Source of the DNA: Octopus sinensis
Lineage: Eukaryota
DNA length: 64,000 bases
Assembly (NCBI RefSeq): GCF_006345805.1
Contig: NC_043007.1
Location: 44,454,001-44,518,000 of the forward strand
Reading direction: 5' to 3'
Shown: positions 1-12,536 of the stretch, one piece after another
Layout: each line of letters starts with the position of its first letter
How positions within the stretch are numbered: the first letter of the stretch is position 1
The notes under the pieces: generated by a model
Told to the model about the DNA's origin: nothing
Seen by the model: only the letters and a program-made list of their open reading frames with translations
The model's database searches: none
Made by a program: the position numbers and the translations under genes

Positions 1-438
1 CTGCAGGAAAAATACTTAGCCAAAGATAAACTTCTGTACTTGGTTTTTGTTGACTTGGAGAAAGCTTTTCACAGAGTGCCCCAATCCGTTATCTGGTGGT
101 CGATATGGAAACTAGGGATAGATGAGTGGTTGGTGAGAGCTGTACAAGCCTCGTTCAAAGATGCTACCAGTAAGGTGAGGGTGGGCAACGAGTACAGTGA
201 AGAATTCAGGGTACAAGTAGGGGTTCACCAAGGATTGGTGCTCAGCCTCCTCTTGTTCGTTATAATCCTCCAAGTAATAATGGAGGAATTCAAGACAAGC
301 TGCTCCTGTCTGCTGATGACCTTGCTCTAATAGGTGAATCACTATCTGAACTAGAGAAGAAGTTCCAGATATGGAAGCAAGGTCTAGAATCAAAGGGCCT
401 TAGAGTTAACCTATCAAAAACCAAAGTCATAGTAAGTA
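1..438 (+). mobile_element. Degenerate RTE-clade LINE reverse transcriptase fragment (upstream of the first visible COG2 exon, probably intronic)
   Basis: ORF 40..330 (FVDLEKAF...GVHQG) closely parallels the RTE copy at 20220-20640; the segment before the YADD motif is deleted; joined to a SINE-type tail at about 440-490. Confidence 0.9.
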
Positions 439-1664
439 GACAGCATGGCTGCAGTCTAATGACTGAAACAAGTAAAAGATAAAAGATATACATTTATTCA
501 GGTAATCTGGGAAGGGGATAGGAAAAAGAGAGTAGCACAGTGGGTGAGATGGTGGAAAGGACATGAGTATGATGGAAACATATGAAGGGAAAAAGCAAGG
601 ATATTTGGGAGCAGAGTCTGCAGAAGTGAATGAAGGTAAGGGTGGGTGACAGTAGAGGTGACCCCAAAAGAGAGAGTACTGTCTGGTAATACAATATGAT
701 GAAGCTGTTGTCTTATGTATGTTTGTGTATATGTTTTATATAAGTATGCTTCTGAGCATATGTCCTAAATGCATGTTTGTTTGTGTGTGTATGTGTATAT
801 AATAATGATAATATTGGTATAACCATGATGCAACCCCAAAAAACTGACTCAATAGTCAGTATCATTAGACAGTAGCCAGCTTAATGAAATAGGAGCTTTA
901 TTTGCATACACTTAACATTACCATAAATGAATTTAAAAGATATGCAAAAATTAGATACAGATGATCATGTATATATGTGAATGCATGTAACATACAATGG
1001 TTTTGTATGTGTATCTATGTGTTAATGTGTGAAATGTCTATATACATGTGAATACATCTTCACAGATATACATTCTTCTACTACTACTCACTGACCTGTC
1101 CATTTAAGCAACCTAATCTATATTCCCAAATTCTTTATTCCACCATTTTACTACCCCTACCCCCTCTCTCTACCCTTCACTTAGTCTCTATCACAACATA
1201 CCTCACACTCCTTTACTCTTTACCCTCTTATTTCTCTCTCTCTCTCTCACCCTCACCTCTCTCTGCCTTCTATCATTTTATCCTGACTGACCACTAGCCA
1301 GCACACATTCTGTCTCTTCATTTCTTTATTATCTCTCTCCCCCATTTTTTTCTCTCTTCCTTTTTTCCTTTTTTTCTTCTCTCTTCCTGTTTTTGATTTG
1401 ATCTTACAAACACATTCCCAACTTTTAAGTCACTTCAAAAAAACCCTCCATCGAATAACACCTTTTACAACACTCTATGCTTGGAATGACCAGTTATAAG
1501 CAACATTGGAACCCACACTCAAATATAGGAAACATATATACGCCATTCTGCTCAAATAATGGAACTGCGGATACAATATCCTTACGTCTGTTTTCCTTCC
1601 TCCACTTCACTATGTATTTCATATCTTCTCTATAATAACTATTACTTAACCATTTTCTCACACT

Positions 1665-1712
1665 GTCTCTGATGAAGGGATATATAAAATATCCCAGAAA
1701 CAGCCATAAGAC
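1665..1712 (+). ncRNA. Type I minimal hammerhead ribozyme-like motif, helix III mutated
   Basis: gtct-CTGATGA-a-gggatat/ataaa/atatccc-a-GAAA-cagcca-TA-agac: helix I gtct/agac, 7-bp helix II, both conserved core segments. Confidence 0.65.
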
Positions 1713-2169
1713 CACTTTATAAATGTTCTGAAATCTTGCATAGCCTTGGATTTTTTTATCTCATTCTGTTAATTTTATATATGTATATACATATATATAT
1801 GTATATACTGTGCTCTTCATATATTCTGATTAAATCTTCTATGTGTCAACATGCACATCCTTGCGACAATGTAACCTTTAACTGAATCAAGATATTCTTG
1901 GCCTGACGAGTAGCTAGCAGTATACACCACTTGGATTTTTACCACTTCTGAGGTTCTGCCTGCTATAAAAGTTTCATCAAAGTCAATAAAACAATGTAGG
2001 AGGAGTTTGCTAACAACATCACAAACAAACACACACCGATTTTCCACATATGTAGTAGATATATAGATATATATATATATATCTATACATACATACTATT
2101 CATGTAATTGTCTTACACATTCATTTATGTCCATTACTGAGAATTTTAGCTTTGTTCCTTGTTTTTCAG

Positions 2170-2336
2170 ATGGAAGCGATATATATCTCCATGCTAGTTT
2201 CCATTTGTGGGAGTCAATCTGCCATTGTTGGCAGCCAGATGTCTATCTGCCTACATTAATGCACAGATTCCTCAAACTGAATCTTCAGCTGTTGTCACGT
2301 TACAGTTCTTGGATCGATGAAATTTACCAGAAAGAG
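2170..2336 (+). CDS. COG2: COG2 (conserved oligomeric Golgi complex subunit 2) internal coding exon; gene begins upstream of window
   Basis: ttttcag acceptor, gtttgt donor; (D)GSDIYLHASFHLWESICHCWQPDVYLPTLMHRFLKLNLQLLSRYSSWIDEIYQKE resembles the COG2 'CW...LP.L.HR..L.LQ.L.RY' segment. Confidence 0.85.
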
Positions 2337-3452
2337 GTTTGTGTATAATATGTATAAATAACTTTTTTTTATCTTTTACTTGTTTCAGTCATTGGGCTGT
2401 GGCCATGCTGGGGCACTGCTTTGAGTAATTTTTAGTCAAACTAGTTGACCCCAGTACTTATTTTCTTTTTAAACCTGATACTTATTCTATCTGTCTTTTT
2501 TCACTGAACTGCAAACTTACAGGGACATAAACACACCAACACCGGTTGCCAAGTGGTTGTGGGGGATAAACACAGACACAATGACACCCACACACATAGA
2601 TATATCTAGTGTGATGAGTTGGGTTAAATATCTTGTAGTATTTATTTCTGTCTTTTTTTGCTAGGGTCAACATTGTATTTTTATTCCTGCGACAATGTTG
2701 TTTAGTCCCTGCTCAGCCCTGATCCAGCAAAACCTATGATCAAAGTTGCTCCAGTTGTGACCATCGCAAACATATAATATCTGGAACTACTTTATCTTAT
2801 GTACCTTTTTTCTTCTATTTTTTTGTCAAGATAATCAGATGCAGTTTGAGAGAATTTGTTTGCTATTTCTAACCAGCTGAGTGCTGTAGAGGCATTCTCT
2901 TTGGTTCACTTCATGTGTGGTTGATAAAAGAAGAATCAGTGCTGGAATACATTCAATCTATATGTTCTCCTCTCCACATACATTGGTTGTGTACTGAGTC
3001 AAAAAAAAAAATATATTTGTTGTTGGTCAATTCTGATCTAGCAGAGCTATAACCAAAGATGTTCCAATCATGACCATCTCAAGCCACCAGTAAAAAGAAA
3101 TCAATATTATTATTCATTTATAAATTCTTAAATATTTAGACTAAAAACCAGAAAAGCATAAATTTCCCATATAATTCATAATTTGTGTTCTACAGCTGTT
3201 TTGATGAAATTTATTTTTTCTGCTTTTTATTCTAAATCTGATACTATTGACTATCTTTTTTTGCTGATTCTGTGCATACATGCAGCAGGATTTGCTGTAT
3301 TGTAATAATGAATTGGAGTTTGACAATATATTGTTAATTGAACTCTAAATACTCTAGGTGCAATTTACTATGTTTATATATCAATTCACTCTGTAGAAAA
3401 ATTCTTAAATATATTTCTTTTCTTTCCTTTTTTTTTTTGTTCCTATTTTCAG

Positions 3453-3650
3453 AACCAGAAATCCAGTAACACAAATATTCTCAAGAATGAAAGAGCTTCG
3501 ACACCAGCTAGTAATAATAACTCTAGTTCGAACAATAAACAGAATGGTTTGGAACAGAACAACCAAACATCAACCTCCTGTGAGTCAGAACCTATAACAC
3601 TGGGGCAAATACTTTGCCTCCTAGCTGATGCCGAGAAAACTTCAGAACGA
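3453..3650 (+). CDS. COG2: COG2 coding exon (N/S-rich linker followed by helix)
   Basis: Long polypyrimidine tract plus ag, donor gtaaag, phase 0/0 fitting neighbours; NQKSSNTNILK...ITLGQILCLLADAEKTSER. Confidence 0.8.
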
Positions 3651-4135
3651 GTAAAGAATTTTATTTATCACCATTATTATCACCATCACCACCATTACCA
3701 ACCATCACCACTACCACCACCACCAACCCTACTTTCTGATATTCAGCATCTTCAGATCAGCATCAACTACTTCTTCCTATGTTTTTCATGCTCTTCTTCT
3801 TTCACAGGTTTCTTTATTAGGATCATATGGCATTTCTTTATCCAACTGTCATTCTCTACACAGATCCATACTACCTCAGTCTTCTCTTTTGCACATTACA
3901 TCTGGTTTCTCTTATCCTTGGTTTTTCTCTCAGCTCATTTATGTTCCATCATTCATACACATTAATGTCCAGTAGAGCAAGCTTGCCTCATTTATATTCA
4001 GCCTACACACACATTCTGCATTCAATGGCCATGATTTGCTGATCTGCAACATTGCCCTTCATACATGAGTGAACCTACTTCATAAATTTTGTTATTCATA
4101 ATCTTATACAGTTTTTACTTATGTTATCCTTTCAG

Positions 4136-4211
4136 ATTTTCCCTATGTTTGAGAAAGATATCAGACCAAAATTGGAATCCATTGGATATCAAAATATAGA
4201 TTTAATAAAAG
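4136..4211 (+). CDS. COG2: COG2 coding exon
   Basis: tttcag/gtaaat; IFPMFEKDIRPKLESIGYQNIDLIK resembles the COG2 'I.PKLE.IG' segment; phase 0/1. Confidence 0.85.
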
Positions 4212-4361
4212 GTAAATGTATAACTCAGTACATTTAACAACTATTAAATGAGAGTAAATATTTATGTCCTCTGGTATGGTGTCTGTTATCAATATATTGA
4301 TATACTAGGCAGTAGATTAGTAGAACCCACAGCTGTGGATTGGTAGAATACACAGCCTTGC

Positions 4362-4394
<33 letters not shown>

Positions 4395-4400
<6 letters not shown>

Positions 4401-5574
4401 CATGCAGGAAGTAAATAGACACCTTTAATTTTCAAAATTTCTGATCTAAGCATGTTTTCAGCAGTGTAGAATTTACAATGTAATTATTCTTTTTCATTCC
4501 AGGTCCCATTATATTAAACATTTTCAAAGAGTAACCATGCCACACACAAAAAAGTCAGCAGAACTGTCAGATTTTCAAAGAGGTCATATTGTTGGGCAAT
4601 CTGAGGCTGGTTTTAGCCAGTGAAAAATTGCCGAAAATCTTCAAATTCCTCTTGCTACTGTTAATAGAATTATAGTGCAGTTCAAAAGTTAAGGAAAAGA
4701 CTCAACAGATTCTCGTCCTGGCCAACCTGGGCCCTCAGAAAGGAAGCTTTGCTGTTTAAAGAGAATTGTGGATAACGAACTCTGTTCGAAGGCTTCTGAC
4801 ATTGCAAAACAGCTAGAAGTTAGTTCAAGAACATGCATTACATATCTGCATAAGCTTGGGTATTATGGACATGCAGCTAGAAGAAAACCTCTCCTTCAAC
4901 CAATTAATATCATGAAAAGAAAGAAATGGGCTAAGGAGATGTCAGAAAAATCCAGTTCATTTTGGGATAGAGTGATTTTCTCAGATGGATCCAGATTTGC
5001 ATTATTTTCAGACAGTGGACGTGTTTGGGTCTGGAAGCTTCCCAATCAAGAATTTGATTTGAAACAACTCCAACCAACAGTGAAACATGGTGGTATCTCT
5101 GTAATGGTATGGAGAGCTGTCACCAGCAATGGTCGTTCTGGGCTGATCGAATGTATTGGAACCGTAAACTCTGAAAAATACATCGAAATACTTAAGCAAG
5201 GACTACTTCCAATGCATTCACACAATAACATAACGAAAAATGAATTTTTATTCATAGAAGATGGGGCTCCATGCCACACAGCGAAAAGGAATCAACAATG
5301 GTTGACTGAAAATGGGATCAAAAAGCTTCCTTGGCCGAGCCAATCTCCTGACATGAACCCAATTGAAAATCTTTGGAGCATACTAGATAGAGCTATACAA
5401 AAAACTCAACAGAAACCTGAATCTAAAGATGAATTGCTTTGATTGTTGCGTGAAAAGTGGGCAGAAATTCCACAAGAGACAATCACAAAGCTCATCATTT
5501 CAATGCCAAAAAGAGTTTCTGAATTAAAAACAGTAAAGGGAATGTTAACTACATTTACTTCCTGCATGTCTGTG
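4395..5574 (+). mobile_element. Tc1-family (DD34E-type) DNA transposon with inactivated transposase, in a COG2 intron
   Basis: 22-bp TIRs cacagacatgcaggaagtaaat (4395-4416) and its reverse complement (5553-5574); transposase from ATG 4537 (MPHTKKSAELSDFQRGHIVG) with in-frame stops; motifs VIFSDGSRF, FIEDGAPCH, WPSQSPDMNPIENLW. Confidence 0.93.
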
Positions 5575-5907
5575 TATATATATTTACATATATATATATA
5601 TATATATGCATACTACATACAATATAGTATCACTTTTAAAATAATGAACATTTTTCATCCTTTAACTTGGACATTTTTCTAAATATACAAAACACACACA
5701 TGCCAGCAGCAGATAATATTAAAAATATATGAAAAGTAAATTGTAACAATAAGAAAAAGAAAAGGATTTTTTATAAATCCTTGAAATACTAAAGGTACTT
5801 TTAGAATCACAATATATTTGTGTAATAAATGAGTGTGAGAGGGAGAGAAGGACAGTTTTAATTTGACTTTTGTTTCTAATCATCCTGACTTCTGTTTTGT
5901 CTTGCAG

Positions 5908-6053
5908 ATGCATTTAATGACTCTCAGACAAATGTGTTGTGTAACGTGCCAAAGTTTCAAAACTCCGTTATTCAAGAATTGACCTGTCAGTGTAGTGTTC
6001 ACCTGAAGCAAGTGGCAGATATTCCTCGTTTGTTTCGGCGGACAAACAGAGAG
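5908..6053 (+). CDS. COG2: COG2 coding exon
   Basis: ttgcag/gtaaag; (D)AFNDSQ...HLKQVADIPRLFRRTNRE contains the COG2 C-terminal domain signature PRL.RRTN.E. Confidence 0.92.
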
Positions 6054-6929
6054 GTAAAGGAAGTTTGTTTTTTATTGGTATGATACAGTCCTTGGTTAAT
6101 GAAGGCTCCTCATTATGTGACTTTTGTTTAACTTTTTAATTAACAGTATAAAAATTCTTTATTTCTTTAGGTTGTAATCTCTCAATGATGTTAAAATCCA
6201 TAGAACAATGTAAAGAGCTGTGACACTTAAATAATCTAAGGAATATAATCTAAGGATAATAATCTATTATCACAGAGAAAATCTTTATCTCTGTGATTTT
6301 ATTATCTCAGAGATAAGGATTTTGTCAAAGAGTGATCTGTTATGATGGATTTAGGGGACAGTGAGTTTTGTCATGAAAAGAAGAGTTAAGACTAGAAACC
6401 CTGGTCTTAAAATCTAAACAACACCATGCAGAAAGATACACTTAAAAATACAGTGATGAGAGATATATTTGAGACTTTGTCTACTTGCCAGTCTGAGATA
6501 AATTGTTATACATTGTCATCTCTCTTATGAATGGGTAGTATATGGATTTATGAATAAAACATTAATACTGGTTATGGAATAATGAGTTAACACTAATAAA
6601 ATCCTAGCTAAAAAATACTTTTAAGATAGGAGGACAGAGATTGAACCAAGATGTTTGCTAGAGTGATTAGAGATAAATTACTACAGAACTTGTTATCATT
6701 GTTAAGTTTCTTGGCTAAGGACACAATATAAGTGATATTGATATAAACCATCAAATTCTCAGCTATTTGCCACAGTTTTTTGGCTATGGACACAATATGG
6801 CATAAATGACATTGATATCAACCATTGAATCAGGGCTACTTGTTGCTATATCCTGTTAATGCAACTACTTCAACAGTGATTAAAAGACATCTACTTTTTA
6901 AACTTAAAAAAATTTTCTTACCTTTCTAG

Positions 6930-7066
6930 GTCCCAACCAAAACATCTTCATACACCACTGGTTTGTTTAAGCCACTCAACATGTTTTTTAGTGAACATAA
7001 AGCTATACTAAGTGAAAGCAGGAAGCAAGCCATAGCTAAGCAAGTCTTGGAGAATCTTGCTCAACA
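6930..7066 (+). CDS. COG2: COG2 coding exon
   Basis: ttctag/gtatgt; VPTKTSSYTTGLFKPL...VLENLAQ continues the signature (VPT..SSY); phase 0/2. Confidence 0.9.
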
Positions 7067-8487
7067 GTATGTTAAATTTCTTTGTTTTAATAGTTCATTT
7101 GCTGTTCATTACTTTCTCCTCATATTCAATATTGTTTTCTCAAGTATGATCTCATTTATTGTCTCAGGCATGGCATTGATTAATTTCTCAAGCAGAAAGT
7201 CCTTTTCTTGTACAGGGCAAAGCAGTTATGTTTGATTGGATCAATTCCATTTATTTCATAAAAATGACGATGATTATATAATACATAGGAACATTACTGC
7301 ACTATTTCATTCACTCCACAAAGCATCCTAAGTGGTGCACCATCCTATACATATCTTATACATAGGAGAGGATTCCTGAACCAGAAAAGCCTTATAAATC
7401 ACTTTTAGACCCCCAAGAACAGGCAAAACTAGAGCAGGCATATATGCCAATTTGAGCTTGGTGATCTTCAATAATGAATAACTATAAACTCAAAAAGATG
7501 ATATTAATTATGTTTATTTCAACAACCCCCTGGAAAAAAATTATTATTTTACTGTGGCTTCCATTTGTCTGGCAAGGAAAAAATAAAATAAATGAAAAAA
7601 AGATGAAATAAATACTAGTCAAGGGCTGGACTTCATTTATTGGCTGTATTCTCCTGGAAAAATTCAGGGTCTTGCTCCAGAGTTAGATATCTTCATCATC
7701 ATTTTAATATCTATTTTCCCATGCTTGCATGGGTCAAATAGAATTCATCAAGGCAGATTTTCTGTGGTCAGATTCCCATCCTGTTGCCAGCTGTCACCTG
7801 TTCCCTTATAGCCATAGCCAGGCATGTTTTCATAGAAGATTGGAAATGAATGACATTGCTTGTATGACAGTGACACTTATTTACAACTATCATGTGATGT
7901 CAATACAAGGAGAGAAGCACACACATTTATAAGATCAACTTCTTTCTAACAAATCTATTACAAAGTTTAGTTGGCCTGGAGTTACAGTAGAAAACACTAC
8001 TATGTTGTGCCTCCGCTTTACAAAAATTAACTTTGTATCTGGTCAAAAGCAACCATTATTGCTCAGATTTTGGTAATGTTTTCTCACTTGTAGCACTAAG
8101 CTTAGCTCTGTGTGCCTCTGATTGCAAGATTGATGTGAATTGGATTCGTGTATGTGTGTGTCTCGTCTTGATATCATACAATGATTGCAAATGAATGTTA
8201 TCATCATAAAGGCAGCATCCTTTGTCTGGCCATGGGGAAATGTTATCTTGCTTGGAAACAGGTGGGAGTTGGCGATAGGAAGGGCATCAAGCCATAGAAA
8301 ATCTGGCTCAGTGATTATGTATGAGCCATGCAAACATGGAAATATAGATGTTAAAATGATGATGATAACATATATATGCATGCAACAGGTTGGTTCATGG
8401 CTATAAGAGAAGAAATGCTCTAAGTGCTGCACAGTGAAACTGAAGGTGATACCATGTTATCAAAATTGCTTGATTATTCCTCTATAG

Positions 8488-8768
8488 CAGTGATTCTCAA
8501 CTGGGGTCCATATAAGATTTTTGGGAGTCCATGCAACAAAATAGTAAATTGGACATCCACAATAGTATTTTAAGGGCCCCTGAAAAAATTTTGCTTTAGA
8601 TATATGTATTGCTAGAAACAGCTAGGTTTCTTTCTCTAACATTTTCCATAGTTCAACTTACGCAAGTTTCTATAAAGCTAGTTTTTAAACATTGAATGGC
8701 TATGGGGATCTACCAGAATAAAATAGTAATCAAAGGGTCCATAGATAAAAAATGGTTTAGAGCCCCTG
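8488..8768. mobile_element. hAT-type MITE
   Basis: 8-bp TSD CTCTATAG (8480-8487, 8769-8776); CAG...CTG termini with imperfect short TIRs; non-coding. Confidence 0.75.
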
Positions 8769-8850
8769 CTCTATAGCTATTTCTCATCCATGTTCATCGT
8801 CAAATGATGTTACTAACTGAATACTTCTTGGTAATTAATTTTCCCTGTAG

Positions 8851-9022
8851 GTATTACACATCAACATCAGATGTATTGACGTCAGTGAAGAAAATGGAAG
8901 ACAGCCTGAAGCGATTAAAGAAAGCTCGTGGGACAGGTGTGAGCACTGGTCTCCCAGGTATGACAGATGATGACAAGATTCGTCAGCAGTTGATCATTGA
9001 CATTGAACACTATGCACAACAG
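8851..9022 (+). CDS. COG2: COG2 coding exon
   Basis: ccctgtag/gtaaat; YYTSTSDVLTSVKKMEDSLKRLKKAR...GMTDDDKIRQQLIIDIEHYAQQ matches COG2 'SVKKMEESLKRLK' and 'DDDKIRLQL'. Confidence 0.95.
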
Positions 9023-9900
9023 GTAAATTTTGCTTTTTGTTGTTGTTGTTTTATTGGGTGGGGGTAGGATGGACGTTTGAGTCTTGTTTTTGATCCCTCT
9101 ATGGTTGAATGAAGAGGTTACAAAATAAAAGAGACTAATTATTTACTTCATGCTAGATTTAAACATTTGTCTGTTTCAACACCACCACTTGGGTAACTTT
9201 AGTGGAACCGTGTATATTGCAAGAATTTAGACCAGGTTTCCAGTCTGAGGAGGCTACTTTGATGCATTGCTTCCTACTGCAGCAAATTAGGAGTTGTGGT
9301 ATCAGTCTCAGAGGCCATAAAATAGGTAACAAATGCTGTCTTCCCTGCTTCATATATTAAATGAAAAACAATTAACTAAAGCTCCTTCTGCAAATTGGTG
9401 GTGTTGTGCTGATTGAGAAATCATTATTGTTTGGATGTGAGAACTGGCTGTGACAGCAGTGTATTGGGTTATATGAATTAGAGAATTTATATGTATACTT
9501 CTCAGTTATGAGTTCAACTCTTGTCACAGTTAACTCATCCTCTAATTTCTCTAGGGACAATGATATAAAATGCCATAATATACAGAATAATTTAATGAAC
9601 CTCATTATTTTCCCTAAATGTTTGGCCTTGTACCCATTCAAAAGAAATTAATCTTAACTGTTATAATGTGTAGGATGGATCTGGTTATTAACCAAGTCCC
9701 TTGTGAAGATTGTTCTGACATCTGTTTAACCTTTTTGATATCAAATCACCTGAGACTGCTCTTTCTTCCTTTTTTTTAGTGTTACCTAAATTAAAACCTT
9801 CCACTAAAATTTCACATTATGTCCCAAGCATCAGCTTAATTATGACAAAGTCAATTTACTAAATTCTTCATTATTTTCAAAATTAACTGAAACAAATGTA

Positions 9901-9949
<49 letters not shown>

Positions 9950-10940
9950 TGTCAACCCAAAACAGTTTACTGGTGGAACCAGGTACCTTTCTGAATTTAT
10001 TCCAGGTCTTTGTGTTCTGAATTAAAATTCTGTCAAATCTAAAATTGGTCATAGATATAACCAGTCACTCAGTTAAACACCACCACCTTGCACTTAAGGT
10101 GCCTTTAACAAAGTCTGCCTTATTGTGAGCATTTTGGTCAGATGTCAGGTTTGAGGATACATTCCTCTCTTCTTCCCACCAATCTTTGAGACCTTGTAAA
10201 AAATCATGGGTAATGCTTTTCCTCCAAACTAATGGTTTGTACTTTTCTGTTCACTGCCTGTATTTCTGGTACAGTATGCAAATGGTTTTAGTTTCTGTTT
10301 TTGCATTTGGAGCCTGTTCCCTTTCATGATTGCGTCATGGTAGGGTAAAGCCTCCCCTTATTTCACCATTAGTATTAACCCAGTCAAATAGCAGTTTTTA
10401 CTCCAGTTGGAGTGATTACTTTGAGCTTATGGGAATCACAGCAGTAAAGTGGTGGACTGAGAGCCTTTTCAGATATTTAGTGGTGTTTGTTTTAAGTTCA
10501 AATCTTAATAGTGTTGACTTTTCTTTTTTTATCTTTGTTCCATTGATAAAATACCAATAATATACTGATATCGATTCAGTTTACTATATCTCTCATCTGT
10601 ACAAATTCCAGTATGAAATTACTACATCAACTGCAACAGCAGCACCACCATTCTGTCATCATTAATCATTGGCTGTTGTTTTTAGCGAGTCAAATTACCT
10701 CATTTAGCTCCTTAAACATGTTGAGGCAGAACGCTCTGTGATGCTATTGTGCCATATTGTGTAAGACTCTTTTCTTTTGTAGTGTTGATACCAAAACACT
10801 TCATATAGGCTTCAACGTTTTACCTTGTAATACAATTATCCTAACCATCTCACTGTCGCATTTTCCAAATTACATGCTACACTTACATGATATTCTAACC
10901 ATCATATTACAATAATATATTCCAAACATTTTCATTTCAG

Positions 10941-11084
10941 GTGGAATCGTTCGGCTTTGATAGTAAAACACTGCATGGATGCACTCAACTGTCAGCACTT
11001 TGTGAAGAGGCAAGAATAGCCATGACAAACCCAAATCCATCATCATCATCGTCATCAGCACTAACTCCCAAGCCAGCTTCTTGA
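10941..11084 (+). CDS. COG2: COG2 terminal coding exon
   Basis: ttttcatttcag acceptor, phase 0; VESFGFDSKTLHGCTQLSALCEEARIAMTNPNPSSSSSSALTPKPAS*; AATAAA at 11142-11147. Confidence 0.75.
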   Translation: MESFGFDSKTLHGCTQLSALCEEARIAMTNPNPSSSSSSALTPKPAS

Positions 11085-12409
11085 AACTTCACTCCTTTTT
11101 GTCTTGCTCTACCCCCTCTTCCAGTCCAGTCAAGTCTCCACAATAAAGTTGTCTGGGAAGAATACTACCATTCTGAAGGAAATATATAAAAGTATGTTGT
11201 AGATTGATAATACCCAGGGTATGACTGGTATCAGTCTGAGGGGTGTATTATTAATAAGGAATAAATCAAATAAGTTAAGGAAAGAAGGAAATTCTCATTT
11301 ATTTGTTTTGTTTTGTTTTTTACATTTTCAATCCTTCACTTTAAGGGAGTTCATTTGCTATCAAATGGTGGAACAGAGTTTTGCAACTTTGCAAAGCATC
11401 ACTTTTTTTTTTTATTTTTCACAAAACAGGGGTGTCACAGTGGTTGTGACAGTATTGTATTCTGGAGATAATTTTATGGAAATGTATTAAGTGAGAAAAA
11501 AAAATCTCAGAAAACAAGGCACATTTTTGTTTTATTTCTCTCCCTTCACACACACAATCTCAGTCTGTTTATTAACTAAAAAAATATTTATTTTCTTAAG
11601 GAAACAAACTATAATTTGGTTATTTAAAAACAATAATAAATTAAATCATTTTTTTTTTATCTGAGGGTAAAAAAATACAAGATAAAATACAAAGGTATTT
11701 TTGTTGTTATTGTTACATCAATACCTGTAAAGGGGACAAAACTGCTTCATAAAAGAACTAGAAATTTCAAAAAAATGTTCTGTTCTTTATGGAATACAAT
11801 TTGACCTAAACTTGTGATCAGTTTGGTAACTGGCAATTTCATTAAAAAAATTTTTTTTTTGTAAGTGGGGTACTTTTTTTGTTAATTTCATTTAAAAAAA
11901 AATATTAATCATATTTTTAGAACTGTTTTTTCTTCTGTTATTTTTATGTAATTAGTGATAATGATAGGTCTTCTGTATAGGTAAAATTCATTATAAGTTA
12001 ATGTAAATGTTTGTATTGAAATTTTTAAAACTGTTTCTACCAATTCAAACTTTATTGGGAATAACTTCAAATATGTCACTGTTCTGCGATGCTACTCTCT
12101 TGGTTCCTCAAGTAAAGAACTAAAAATGTGGGGGGTTTTCTTTCATGCCTGTTGAAAAGCAACTTTGAAAGAAAATGTCTTTCAGAAGAAGCCAATAAAT
12201 TCATTGTTGAGTTCTTATATGAGTCAATGTGTTTTTCTATTTACTAAACAAGCTCTTTATATCATCTTTGGTTTACAGTTAGAATACATCATTAACAAGG
12301 TTGTGACCCTGTAAGCCAGCTCACTATATTGTCATATATCATTATTATAAAGTTATGACTTGTAAACCAGTTAGCCCTATTATAAATTGGTTTACAGTTA
12401 GAATATATC

Positions 12410-12536
12410 CTTTTCTACTCTAGGCTCAATGCCCGAAATTTTTGGGGAGGGAGCCAGTCGATTAGATCGACCCCACTACGCAACTGGTATTTAATTTATC
12501 GATCCCGAAAGAATGAAAGGCAAAGTCGACTTTGGC
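12410..12536 (-). mobile_element. 5'-truncated SINE insertion with 10-bp TSD
   Basis: TSD AGAATATATC (12400-12409, 12537-12546); interrupts a local tandem repeat; body resembles SINE pieces at about 42600-42700 and 62000-62120. Confidence 0.7.
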
